From: a bacterium | Lineage (GTDB): Bacteria; UBP6; UBA1177; JAKLFG01 | DNA: 64,000 bases | Direction of reading: 5' to 3' | NCBI GenBank assembly: GCA_022709425.1 | Contig: JAKLIW010000005.1 | Span: forward strand, 1,422 to 65,421 | In this document: piece by piece, positions 39,497 to 47,927 of the stretch | How the letters are laid out: each line of letters opens with the position of its first letter | Numbering within the stretch: the stretch's first letter is position 1 | Position numbers and translations under genes: made by a program | Notes under the pieces: generated by a model | What the model was told of the DNA's origin: nothing | Seen by the model: the letters and a program-made list of their open reading frames with translations, nothing else | The model's database searches: none

Positions 39497-40684
39497 ATGT
39501 ACCGCAGAGCGATGTTCGACACGGTCCGCGACCGCCTGACCGAACCGAGAAAATTCATACAGGTACTCGCCGGTCCCCGTCAGGTCGGCAAAACGACGCT
39601 CATCACCCAACTCCTCGAAACGCTCGACCTGCCGCACGCCTACGCGTCGGCCGACGGCGCCGAGCGGCCGATCTGGATAGAACAGCAGTGGCAGGCGGCG
39701 CGTGTCCGGCTTGCCGAGTCGCCGCGCAAGGAATTCCTGCTCGTCCTCGACGAGATCCAGAAAGTGAACGGATGGACCGATGCCGTCAAACGGTTGTGGG
39801 ACGAGGACACGCGGGAGAAGCGGGCGCTCAAACTGGTCATCCTCGGCTCGTCGCCGCTACTCATCAGGAGCGGCCTGAACGAAAGTCTGGGCGGCCGGTT
39901 CGAACTCATCCGCTGTACCCATTGGAGTTTCGCCGAGATGCGCGACGCCTTCGGCTTCGATACCGACCGGTATCTCTTCTTCGGCGGCTATCCCGGAACG
40001 GCCGGGCTGACCGGCGATGAGAAGCGGTGGCGCGGATATGTCCGCGAGTCGCTCATAGAAACGACCATCTCGAAGGATGTCCTGCTGATGAACCGGATCG
40101 ACAAACCGGCGTTGTTGCGCACGCTGTTCCTGCTTGGGGCCCGTTATTCGGGGCGGATCTTGTCCTACACGAAGATGCAGGGGCAGTTGCAGGATGCCGG
40201 GAATATCGTCACGCTGGCCCACTATCTGGAACTTCTCGACGGGGCGGGGATGCTTGCGGGACTTGAGAAATACGCGGGGGAGGAGGTGCGCCGCCGCGGG
40301 TCGAGTCCCAAGTTGCAGGTCTACAACAACGCCCTTTTCACCGCCGTGCGGGACGACGGGTTCGCCGAGGTGCGGCGCGAACCGGAACGCTGGGGACGCA
40401 TCGTCGAATCGGGGGTCGGCGCGTTCCTGCTGAACGAAGCGGTTTCGCGCGGTCTGAAACTGCTCTATTGGCGCGACGGCGGCGGCGAGGTCGATTTCGT
40501 GTTGATGAAAGGTGACCGCATCGTGGCGATCGAGGTGAAAAGTGGCGCGTCGCGGGAACGCCCGGCGGGTCTGGAGAAGTTCGTCGCCGGGACAACGGGA
40601 AAAAAGGTCAAACCCTATCTGGTCGGGAGCGGCGGTATCGCGCTCGATGAGTTCTTCTCGATGGATGTCGAGTCCTTGTTCTGA
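39497..40684 (+). CDS. AAA-family ATPase with DUF4143-type C-terminal domain
   Basis: Walker A GPRQVGKTT, Walker B LVLDEIQ. Overall architecture matches the widespread AAA_14 + DUF4143 ATP-binding protein family. AAGGAGGAG RBS. Confidence 0.75.
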   Translation: MYRRAMFDTVRDRLTEPRKFIQVLAGPRQVGKTTLITQLLETLDLPHAYASADGAERPIWIEQQWQAARVRLAESPRKEFLLVLDEIQKVNGWTDAVKRLWDEDTREKRALKLVILGSSPLLIRSGLNESLGGRFELIRCTHWSFAEMRDAFGFDTDRYLFFGGYPGTAGLTGDEKRWRGYVRESLIETTISKDVLLMNRIDKPALLRTLFLLGARYSGRILSYTKMQGQLQDAGNIVTLAHYLELLDGAGMLAGLEKYAGEEVRRRGSSPKLQVYNNALFTAVRDDGFAEVRREPERWGRIVESGVGAFLLNEAVSRGLKLLYWRDGGGEVDFVLMKGDRIVAIEVKSGASRERPAGLEKFVAGTTGKKVKPYLVGSGGIALDEFFSMDVESLF

Positions 40685-40761
40685 TCTAAAAGAAACCGGC
40701 CGGAATTACCCGGCCGGCATCGTGAGGTGGACAAAGAGCAGGGAACAAAGAGCGGGGGGAA

Positions 40762-40989
40762 TTACTTCTTCGCGCCGCAGTTGCACTTGCCCTTTTCGCC
40801 GCACTTGCAATCCTTGGCGCAGTTGCACTGCTTGCCTTCGTGGCAGCCGCACTTGCATTCCTTGCCGCAGGTGCATTCGGTGGTCTTGCCCTTCTGGCAG
40901 CCGCAACTACAGCCTTCGCCCGCCATCAGATTCGCCGTACCGAGGGTCATCGCCGTCAGCACCAGCGCCATCGCCAACATTTTCTTCAT
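40762..40989 (-). CDS. Secreted metallothionein-like Cys-rich mini-protein (75 aa precursor)
   Basis: ATG at 40989 with AAAGGAG RBS. Signal peptide MKKMLAMALVLTAMTLGTANLMA. Mature about 52 aa with 14 Cys in CxC/CxCGC/KCxC arrangement, Lys/Gly-rich, no aromatic residues. Confidence 0.7.
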   Translation of the reverse strand: MKKMLAMALVLTAMTLGTANLMAGEGCSCGCQKGKTTECTCGKECKCGCHEGKQCNCAKDCKCGEKGKCNCGAKK

Positions 40990-41033
40990 CGCTTCTTCTC
41001 CTTTCAAAGGTTACGAAACAGCGACCATACTAG

Positions 41034-41049
41034 AGCACGATGCGTGCCA
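41034..41049 (-). promoter_or_regulatory. Sigma54 (-24/-12) promoter upstream of the metallothionein-like gene
   Basis: The minus strand reads TTGGCACG-catc-GTGCT, against the consensus TGGCACG-N4-TTGCW. GG and GC are correctly spaced, and the site is about 46 nt upstream of the ATG. Confidence 0.7.
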
Positions 41050-41159
41050 ACGGCATGATGTTTTTTGTCTCTTGTAAAAACAATGAGTTGCGTTTCATTT
41101 CGGTGCTTCGGAAAAGAAAAGTGTAGACATTTCATCGTCACATTTGTAGAATAGTCTCC

Positions 41160-42536
41160 ATGATGGGGAGAAGATTACTCATAGCCGATGACGACGCGAG
41201 CTTCCGGGAGGTGATGTCGTTCACCCTCACCGAAGCGGGCTACACGGTCGACGCCGCGGCCGACGGGATGGCGGCGCTCGAACTCTTCCGCCGTCAGCGC
41301 CATCCGGTGGTCATCACCGATCTCAAGATGCCGGGGATGGACGGGATGGAGCTGACCAAACGGGTGAGCGCCCTTGCGCCGGGAACGCTGGTCATCGTGA
41401 TAACGGCCTTCGGCGAGGTCGATACCGCTGTGGCCGCGATGAAGGCGGGCGCCTTCGATTTCATACCCAAGCCGTGCGACCGCGACCATCTCAAGATAGT
41501 GGTGGGACGCGCCTTTGAACACGCGCGGCTCGCCGATGAGAACGCGGTGCTCAAGCGGACGCCGTCGAGCGAGGGGAAGGAACTCATCTACCGGTCGGCC
41601 GCGATGCAGACGGTGGTGACGGTCGCCGACCGCGTCGCCGAAAGCGATCCGACCCTGCTCATCACCGGCGAGAGCGGCACCGGTAAGGAACTGCTCGCCC
41701 GCCGCATTCACCGCCGGTCGACCCGTGCGTCGGGGCCGCTGGTAGTGGTCAACTGCGCCGCGATACCGGCCGAACTACTCGAAAGCGAACTTTTCGGTCA
41801 CCGCAAAGGATCGTTCACCGGCGCGGTGCGCGACGCCCGGGGAAAGTTCGAACTGGCCCACGGCGGGACGCTCTTTCTCGATGAGGTGGCCGAACTGCCG
41901 CTTAATCTTCAGCCGCGTCTTCTGCGCGCCCTGCAGGAGTCGGCGATAGATGTGGTCGGCGGCGAGGAACCGGTGCCGGTCGATGTCCGGGTCATCGCGG
42001 CGACCAACCGCGATCTGGCGAAACTCGTCGACGAAGGGAAGTTCCGGCTCGATCTTTTTTACCGGCTCAATGTCATCGTCCTCCACATACCGCCGCTGCG
42101 GGAGAGGAGCGAGGATATCGCGCCGCTCGCCAAACATTTCCTCGCGGTCTACGGCGGCGGCCGGCCGTTCGATCTGGGCGACGAGGCGTTGCGGCGGATG
42201 CGGCAGTACCGGTGGCCCGGCAATATCCGCGAACTGGAGAACATCTGCCAGCGGGTGACGCTCCTTGCCGACGGCGGGGTGGTGCCGCTGGAACTGATAC
42301 CCGAAACGACGCCCGAGACGGAGGGGATGGTGGTGAGCGCGGCGGGGCGCATCCAACTGCCCGCCGGGGGGATATCGCTCACGGAACTCGAGAAAGAGGT
42401 GATCGTGCAAGCGCTGGAACGGAGCGGCGGGAACAAGGCGCAGGCGGCGCGGCTGCTGCGTATCCCGCGGCACATCCTGCTCTACCGTCTCGAACAGCAC
42501 GGCATCACCGGGAAGGGGAACGATGAGAAAGGGTAA
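41160..42536 (+). CDS. Sigma54-dependent response regulator (NtrC family: REC + AAA+ + Fis-type HTH)
   Basis: Receiver domain with phospho-acceptor Asp (VVITDLKMPGMDG). AAA+ sigma54 activator domain with GESGTGKE Walker A and GSFTGA (GAFTGA-type) motif. C-terminal HTH. Confidence 0.92.
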   Translation: MMGRRLLIADDDASFREVMSFTLTEAGYTVDAAADGMAALELFRRQRHPVVITDLKMPGMDGMELTKRVSALAPGTLVIVITAFGEVDTAVAAMKAGAFDFIPKPCDRDHLKIVVGRAFEHARLADENAVLKRTPSSEGKELIYRSAAMQTVVTVADRVAESDPTLLITGESGTGKELLARRIHRRSTRASGPLVVVNCAAIPAELLESELFGHRKGSFTGAVRDARGKFELAHGGTLFLDEVAELPLNLQPRLLRALQESAIDVVGGEEPVPVDVRVIAATNRDLAKLVDEGKFRLDLFYRLNVIVLHIPPLRERSEDIAPLAKHFLAVYGGGRPFDLGDEALRRMRQYRWPGNIRELENICQRVTLLADGGVVPLELIPETTPETEGMVVSAAGRIQLPAGGISLTELEKEVIVQALERSGGNKAQAARLLRIPRHILLYRLEQHGITGKGNDEKG

Positions 42537-43620
42537 GGAACTGCTCTCGCTCAAGGCGTGGGGACTCCTCTGGCTGCCGATACTCGCCATCACTATGGCC
42601 CATTTCACCACCGACGCCGAGATGGTGTGGGTCCACGACATCCTGCGGCGGCTCTACTACATCCCGATAGTGCTCGGCGCCTTCGGCTGGGGCCTGCACG
42701 GGGCGCTCGCGGCCTCCATCGCATCGTCGCTGGTCTATCTGCCGCACGCTTTTCAAATGTTCTTTCACCATTTCCACCACGATCCGGGGGGCTCGACCGA
42801 AAAGATACTGGAGATACTCCTCTTCAACATCATCGCCCTCATCGCCGGGGTGCTGGTGGAGCGCGAACGGCGCGAACGGCGGCGGCAGGAGGAGATCGCG
42901 CGGAAACTCTCCGAGACGCTCGACGAGATGAAACTGCTCGAAGAACAGCTCATCCGCGCCGGACGCCTGCAGGCGCTGGGCGAGCTGACCGCGGGGCTCG
43001 CCCACGAGATAAAGAACCCGCTCGCCTCGATAAAGGGGGCGGCCGAGATCGTGGCCGACGGCATACCGGCCGATTCGCCGCGCCGCCGGATGGTCGATAT
43101 CCAACGCGCCGAGATAGATCGGCTCACCGCGCTTCTCGAACGGTTCCTCGCCTTCGCGCGGCCCAAGGACTTCGTCGTGTCTCAGGTCGACATCGCCACG
43201 CTCATGAGCGACACCGTCGCCTTCATCGCGCCGCAGGCGGCGAAGAAGAAGGTGCGTTTTGATACGCGGTTTGAGCCGCTCACGGTCCCGGCCGACCGCG
43301 AGAAACTGACGCAACTGCTGCTCAACATCCTCCTCAACGCCGTCGATGCCTCGCCCGAAGGGGCGGCGGTGACCGTTACGACCGAACGGCGCCGCAAGGG
43401 AAAGGCCGACTACGCCTGTATCACCATCGCCGACCGCGGGGCGGGGATAGCGGCCGAACTGCGCGACAAGGTCTTCAATCCCTTCTACACCACCAAACCC
43501 GACGGAACGGGCCTCGGGCTTTCGATAGCGGCGCGCATCGCCGATCAGCACAAAGGATTCATCGAGGTGGGTTCGGCGCCGGAAGGGGGCGCGCTCTTTA
43601 CGGTCTATCTGCCGGTATAG
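42523..43620 (+). CDS. Sensor histidine kinase with four TM helices, no periplasmic domain, His-rich extracytoplasmic loop
   Basis: H-box LAHEIKNPLASI. N/G1/G2 boxes (LLNILLNAVDAS, DRGAGI, GTGLGLSI). N-terminal 110 aa has four hydrophobic helices with an FHHFHHDPGG loop. Overlaps the response-regulator gene end. Confidence 0.88.
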   Translation: MRKGKELLSLKAWGLLWLPILAITMAHFTTDAEMVWVHDILRRLYYIPIVLGAFGWGLHGALAASIASSLVYLPHAFQMFFHHFHHDPGGSTEKILEILLFNIIALIAGVLVERERRERRRQEEIARKLSETLDEMKLLEEQLIRAGRLQALGELTAGLAHEIKNPLASIKGAAEIVADGIPADSPRRRMVDIQRAEIDRLTALLERFLAFARPKDFVVSQVDIATLMSDTVAFIAPQAAKKKVRFDTRFEPLTVPADREKLTQLLLNILLNAVDASPEGAAVTVTTERRRKGKADYACITIADRGAGIAAELRDKVFNPFYTTKPDGTGLGLSIAARIADQHKGFIEVGSAPEGGALFTVYLPV

Positions 43621-44782
43621 TCTTCTCGATCACGTGGACATCGTCGTAGATGCGGTTGAACTGAGCGACGAAGCGTTCTTCGGTGCAGTGCGTTTCAACG
43701 AAAGTCATCCCGTTGCGGCCGAACTGTTCGCGCTTGGCGGGGTCGTCGATGAGTTCGGTCAGGCGGGCCGCCAAATCGGCCGTGTCGCCCGGTTTTGCCA
43801 GAAGTCCGTTGAACTGATGGATGAGCCATTCGCCGATGCCGCCGATCGAAAAACCGACCACGGGACGGCCGTGGGCGAAGGCCTCGATACCGACCATCGC
43901 GAACGGCTCGGGCCAGCGCGACGGCACCGCAACGATGTCGGCCCGTTCGAGGAAGAGGTCGGCGTTCTCCACCGCCCCTTCGAAGAGGATCTTGTCACCC
44001 AGCCCGTATCCCCGCGCTTTCTTTTTCAGGTCGGCCTCGAGCGGTCCGGTCCCGATGAAACGGAGGCGGAAGGGGCGGTCGATGAGACGCGCCGCATCGA
44101 GCAGGAGGTCGGGTCCCTTAGCGGCGATGAGCCGCCCGACGAACAGTATCTCGGTGAGGTCGCCACGGTCGGGGGCGGCGCCGGAGGGCGTTGCGTCGCC
44201 GACCACCGGCGGGTAGAGTTTCTCGATGCGTTGCTGCTTGAAGCCGTTTTTGCGCAGTTGGCCGGCCATGAATTCGCTCATGACGAGGAAGCGGCGCGAT
44301 CTTTTGACGAGCGTCATCAGTTCGCGGTGGCGCGCTATCGGGCGCGACCGTCCGCCGCCGGTGAAAAGGGAGCAGAGCGAACAGGCGACCGGCGAGAAGG
44401 GTATCGTGCAGGTCCGGTCGATCAGGGGGTAGCGTTTGTGGCGCGTCGGGCAGTACCAGTCGTGGTTGTGGATGAAGGTGATGAGTTTGAATTTCTCGGC
44501 CAGAAGCGCCGCGAGCAGGCGCGGTTCGGCCGCTTCGTGGACGAAGGCGACCGAGAAACCCTGCGACTTGAGTTCTTTTACCGCCGTGGCCGGGTCGATC
44601 GGGTCGATGTAGTGCATTTGGTCGAATGCCTCGGCGAAACGGTCGTCCGTCCGTCCGCGCTGTTCGAACAGGCCCACGATGCGATAGCGGTTCTTGCGGA
44701 GGATGCGGGCGGTATTGAAGATACGCCGCCCCATGCTTTCGGAAAGATCGGCGCTTCGGGTGACGAACAGGAGGTGCTTCAT
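43598..44782 (-). CDS. Glycosyltransferase family 4
   Basis: GT-B fold. C-terminal EGFG-like region (VPSRWPEPFAMVGIEAFAHGRPVVG). Confidence 0.8.
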   Translation of the reverse strand: MKHLLFVTRSADLSESMGRRIFNTARILRKNRYRIVGLFEQRGRTDDRFAEAFDQMHYIDPIDPATAVKELKSQGFSVAFVHEAAEPRLLAALLAEKFKLITFIHNHDWYCPTRHKRYPLIDRTCTIPFSPVACSLCSLFTGGGRSRPIARHRELMTLVKRSRRFLVMSEFMAGQLRKNGFKQQRIEKLYPPVVGDATPSGAAPDRGDLTEILFVGRLIAAKGPDLLLDAARLIDRPFRLRFIGTGPLEADLKKKARGYGLGDKILFEGAVENADLFLERADIVAVPSRWPEPFAMVGIEAFAHGRPVVGFSIGGIGEWLIHQFNGLLAKPGDTADLAARLTELIDDPAKREQFGRNGMTFVETHCTEERFVAQFNRIYDDVHVIEKTIPADRP

Positions 44783-44789
44783 GCGCCGG

Positions 44790-46115
44790 TCAGTTCCCCG
44801 TTTCTATTTTGACGGTGCCGGTGCCGAGTGGCTCTTTCTTAAGGCCGAGCACCACGCCCGTGGCGGTGGCGGCGCCGGCGATGACGGTGCCGGTGATGGT
44901 CCAGAACCACCACGTTTTATACCACGGCGTGGGCCGTTCCAGAACGGTCAGATTGCGGACATTGGCGGTTCCCGGCGCGACGTAGATGTCGGTCTGGTAG
45001 GGAAAATAATCGTCCTGATCGGCCATGACGCGCAGATTGTAGCGGCCCGGCACGAGATTCTCGGCGGCGAACTGGCTCTTCTCCAGCTTTCCCTTGGTGG
45101 GGCCGAACTGCAGATCGCCGTCGGCTACATTGAAGGTTATCGCGATGCTTCCCGGTTTGCTGGTGTAGTCGATGCCGGCGAGTTGGTAGGCGGCCAATTT
45201 CACGGCGTTCTTGAGCTCCTCGGCATCGCCCGCGAAACTTTCCAGCACGCGGTTCTCGACCTCGGCGCGGCGTGTGTCGATGAGCTGTATCGAGATTACA
45301 TAGGTGTCTTTCACCTTACCGACCGATCCGGTGACCAGTTTCGACAGGCCCAGCGATGCGCCGATCTCGACCACGCACTGCATGCTGTCGGTGCACTCGA
45401 CCGCCGAGTCCATCGATACTTTGGCGAGCATCGCCTTGATGTCGTCCTGACTGATGACGCTGATCCCTTTTATCTGGTTGAGTTGCGAGGAGAGTATCGA
45501 GGTGAGGGCGTCGGCCGTCGCGATCTCGACGCCGCGCGCCGAGAGGGGCATAACGGCGAGCTTGAGCTGTTCGCCCTCTTTCAGCTGGAACATCGGTTTT
45601 TCCTTGGCGAGGCCGAGCAATTTATCGATCGTTTCCTTTATCTTCGCTTTGATATCGTTGAGGTCGGTCCCCTGCACGTTGGTCCGCTTGCCGACGACCG
45701 AGTTGTTGACATCGACGGTGTTGAGCGAAAGGATGTATTCGTCGCCCATCTTCGCGATCTTCCCGGCGACCAGCGTATCGACCGCCAGTTTCTTCTGCAC
45801 CTCGATGACGCATTCGGCCGAATCGGCGCAGCCGAGTTCGACGCTCGTCTGGGCGTACTGGACCGTCGCGGTCATCTCGGCCGAGGTGACCACGGTGAAG
45901 CCTTCGCGCTTGCCGATATCGAGCACCAGCGCCTCCTCAATCGACTTCGCAAACGCCTCGTCGACATCGACCCCTTCGATCTTATCGACGAGCAGTTTGC
46001 GTGCCTCTGCGGGTGCGGCGGCCGGAGCCTCTTCTTTAGCCGGTTCAGCGGCCGAAAGCGCCGCGGTCAGAAAACAGACACACAGCATTCCCCGGAAAAG
46101 TTCTTTCCACATCAC
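44790..46115 (-). CDS. Secreted single-pass membrane protein with duplicated CxxxxC modules and PEGA-like domain
   Basis: Signal peptide. Two homologous about 100-aa modules (CADSAECVIEV...GDEYILSLNTVDV and CTDSMQCVVEI...KDTYVISIQLID). PEGA-like segment (PGRYNLRVMADQDDYFPYQTDIYV). C-terminal TM (WWFWTITGTVIAGAATATGVVLGL). Confidence 0.55.
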   Translation of the reverse strand: MMWKELFRGMLCVCFLTAALSAAEPAKEEAPAAAPAEARKLLVDKIEGVDVDEAFAKSIEEALVLDIGKREGFTVVTSAEMTATVQYAQTSVELGCADSAECVIEVQKKLAVDTLVAGKIAKMGDEYILSLNTVDVNNSVVGKRTNVQGTDLNDIKAKIKETIDKLLGLAKEKPMFQLKEGEQLKLAVMPLSARGVEIATADALTSILSSQLNQIKGISVISQDDIKAMLAKVSMDSAVECTDSMQCVVEIGASLGLSKLVTGSVGKVKDTYVISIQLIDTRRAEVENRVLESFAGDAEELKNAVKLAAYQLAGIDYTSKPGSIAITFNVADGDLQFGPTKGKLEKSQFAAENLVPGRYNLRVMADQDDYFPYQTDIYVAPGTANVRNLTVLERPTPWYKTWWFWTITGTVIAGAATATGVVLGLKKEPLGTGTVKIETGN

Positions 46116-46717
46116 TTTCCCCCGATCAACTTCTCGATGACCTTCTCAATGTCACCTATGTTTTTGGTCTTCTCCCCTTGCAGTTTCTTAACCATCGTGC
46201 CGTTCGCGTCGAAGATGACGACCGTCGGCAGTATCGCCTTGGAGCCCATGTAGACCAGTTGATTGCGGCTGGTGAAGCGGTCGAAAAGGATGGGGTAGGT
46301 TATCTTCTTATCCTTCATGATCTTCACCGTCTCGGCGAGCACCGCGTCGGGATTCTCGTTCTCGTTGCGGAAGTTGACGCCGATGAACTGCACCTCCTTC
46401 GCGCCGTATTTCTCGGAGAGTTTCTGCAGAAGCGGCATCTCGGCGAGACAGGGTTTGCACCAGTTGGCGTAGAAATTCATCACGAGCGCCTTCTTGCGCG
46501 GCGCCGGGGTGCTGTTCGCCTTGCCGGCGGGCGGCTCACCCACGAAATCGGTCAGCCAGACGAGGCTTTTAAGTTTGCCGCTCTCCAGATCGACGGTCCT
46601 CATACCGAAATCGACGAGTTTCGAGCCCTGAGACAGTCCCTCGGCATCGAGTGCTTTGTCGGCGGCACACAGCGAAAACGATAGGAACGACAGGAAAAAG
46701 AAAGAGAGAATTCTCAT
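46112..46717 (-). CDS. TlpA-like thiol-disulfide oxidoreductase (thioredoxin fold, secreted)
   Basis: Signal peptide and WCKPC active site. Stop overlaps the start of the downstream gene. Confidence 0.85.
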   Translation of the reverse strand: MRILSFFFLSFLSFSLCAADKALDAEGLSQGSKLVDFGMRTVDLESGKLKSLVWLTDFVGEPPAGKANSTPAPRKKALVMNFYANWCKPCLAEMPLLQKLSEKYGAKEVQFIGVNFRNENENPDAVLAETVKIMKDKKITYPILFDRFTSRNQLVYMGSKAILPTVVIFDANGTMVKKLQGEKTKNIGDIEKVIEKLIGGK

Positions 46718-46790
46718 GGGTACCCCCGTTAACGGACGGGTAACTATAATAGGAACAGGAACAATTTTCCAGAAATTTTCACTGGTATCT

Positions 46791-47555
46791 TCAGCCGAGA
46801 TAGTCCTGACCGTCGGGATGGAAGTTGTCTCGACGGCCGAAAAGGTCGGTAAGATGGTTGGCGGCCCGTTTCACTGCGGCGGGAAGGAGCATCCCGGCGG
46901 CGAGGCCGCAGGCGATGGCGGTGGAGAAGCGGCATCCGGTACCGTGGACCGACCGGTCGGTCGGGATGAGCGTTATCGGTATCTCGGTCATGCCGCCCTG
47001 TTCGGCGATGAGGATAAGTGGTTGTTCGGTCTCGAAGGTGACCACGACCGTTGTTCCGGTGGCCGCACTCACCGCCCGCGCCGTCTTTTCGGGCGTTCCC
47101 GGCGCGATGCCGAGCGTCTCCGCGATAAGGGCCAGTTCGCGGGTGTTCGGCGTGATGACCGTTCCGGGACCGGAGATGAAGCGGATGAACGCATCGCCGG
47201 GGCGCATACCGCCGGTTGCGGCGGTCGCTTTGAGGACCGGGTCGATGACGATATGACGGCACCGTGACCGGATAAGCGGGCCGACCGCGTCGAGCCATAC
47301 GCCGTCGGTGAACGGGACCAGCCCTATCTTCGCGGTGTCGAAGGTGAATTCTTCGGTAAGTGCCGTCAGAGCACGGGCGATATAGGCCGCATCGACGGGA
47401 AGCGCCGCTTCAAAACGAAGCGAATTCTGCACGGTCAATGTCGTCGGTATGGTCAACGGATGACAACCGAGCGTCCGGGCCGTAACCGCGTCGGCGATGA
47501 GCCCCGCGCCGCCGGTCGGATCGAGTCCGGCAAGGACGAGGAGCGGCGATTTCAT
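46791..47555 (-). CDS. thiD: Hydroxymethylpyrimidine/phosphomethylpyrimidine kinase ThiD
   Basis: MKSPLLVLAGLDPTGGAGL N-terminus is typical of ThiD/PdxK ribokinase-like kinases. Start at the internal ATG at 47555 (ATGA overlap with the STAS gene). Confidence 0.8.
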   Translation of the reverse strand: MKSPLLVLAGLDPTGGAGLIADAVTARTLGCHPLTIPTTLTVQNSLRFEAALPVDAAYIARALTALTEEFTFDTAKIGLVPFTDGVWLDAVGPLIRSRCRHIVIDPVLKATAATGGMRPGDAFIRFISGPGTVITPNTRELALIAETLGIAPGTPEKTARAVSAATGTTVVVTFETEQPLILIAEQGGMTEIPITLIPTDRSVHGTGCRFSTAIACGLAAGMLLPAAVKRAANHLTDLFGRRDNFHPDGQDYLG

Positions 47556-47869
47556 GCGAGTTCGATGATCTTGTCGACCTTGAGTTTGGTCAGAAAATCC
47601 TTGATGGCGGGGGGACACGATTCGAACACGACGCGCCGTTTGTCGCGCTGGAGTTCCTTGGCGATGAAGATGATCTTGCCCAGCGCCGTCGAATCGATAA
47701 GCGTCGCCGAGGAGCAGTCGAAATACAGATCGCTCGCCGTCTCTTTGACCCCGGTCTCTATTTCCTGAAAGTATTCGCGCGACGACATACCGCGCAATAG
47801 CGGCGGTATCTTCACTTCCAATCCGCGATCGGTCCGTACCACTTCCATCATTCCCTCCTTAGCGATCAA
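47552..47869 (-). CDS. STAS-domain protein (anti-sigma factor antagonist-like)
   Basis: SpoIIAA-like STAS pattern LYFDCSSATLIDSTALGKIIFIAKEL. Start may be the downstream ATG near 47851. Confidence 0.7.
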   Translation of the reverse strand: MIAKEGMMEVVRTDRGLEVKIPPLLRGMSSREYFQEIETGVKETASDLYFDCSSATLIDSTALGKIIFIAKELQRDKRRVVFESCPPAIKDFLTKLKVDKIIELA

Positions 47870-47927
47870 AAACAGGCGACGGATACCGATTTACTGTAAC
47901 CGGAAAAAAGGAAAATGCAACCCTTTT

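Noticed and set aside
40542-41077. Plus-strand ORFs 40542..41033 and 40727..41077 overlapping the metallothionein-like gene
   Set aside because: Reading the Cys codons (TGC) in reverse gives Gln/Leu/His/Pro-rich products. The minus-strand frame has an RBS, a signal peptide and a sigma54 promoter.
41775-44812. Minus ORFs 41775..42641 and 42505..43551, and plus ORFs 43634..44812 and 44694..46253
   Set aside because: Antisense to the response regulator, histidine kinase, GT4 and PEGA-protein genes respectively. No motifs; GC-driven.
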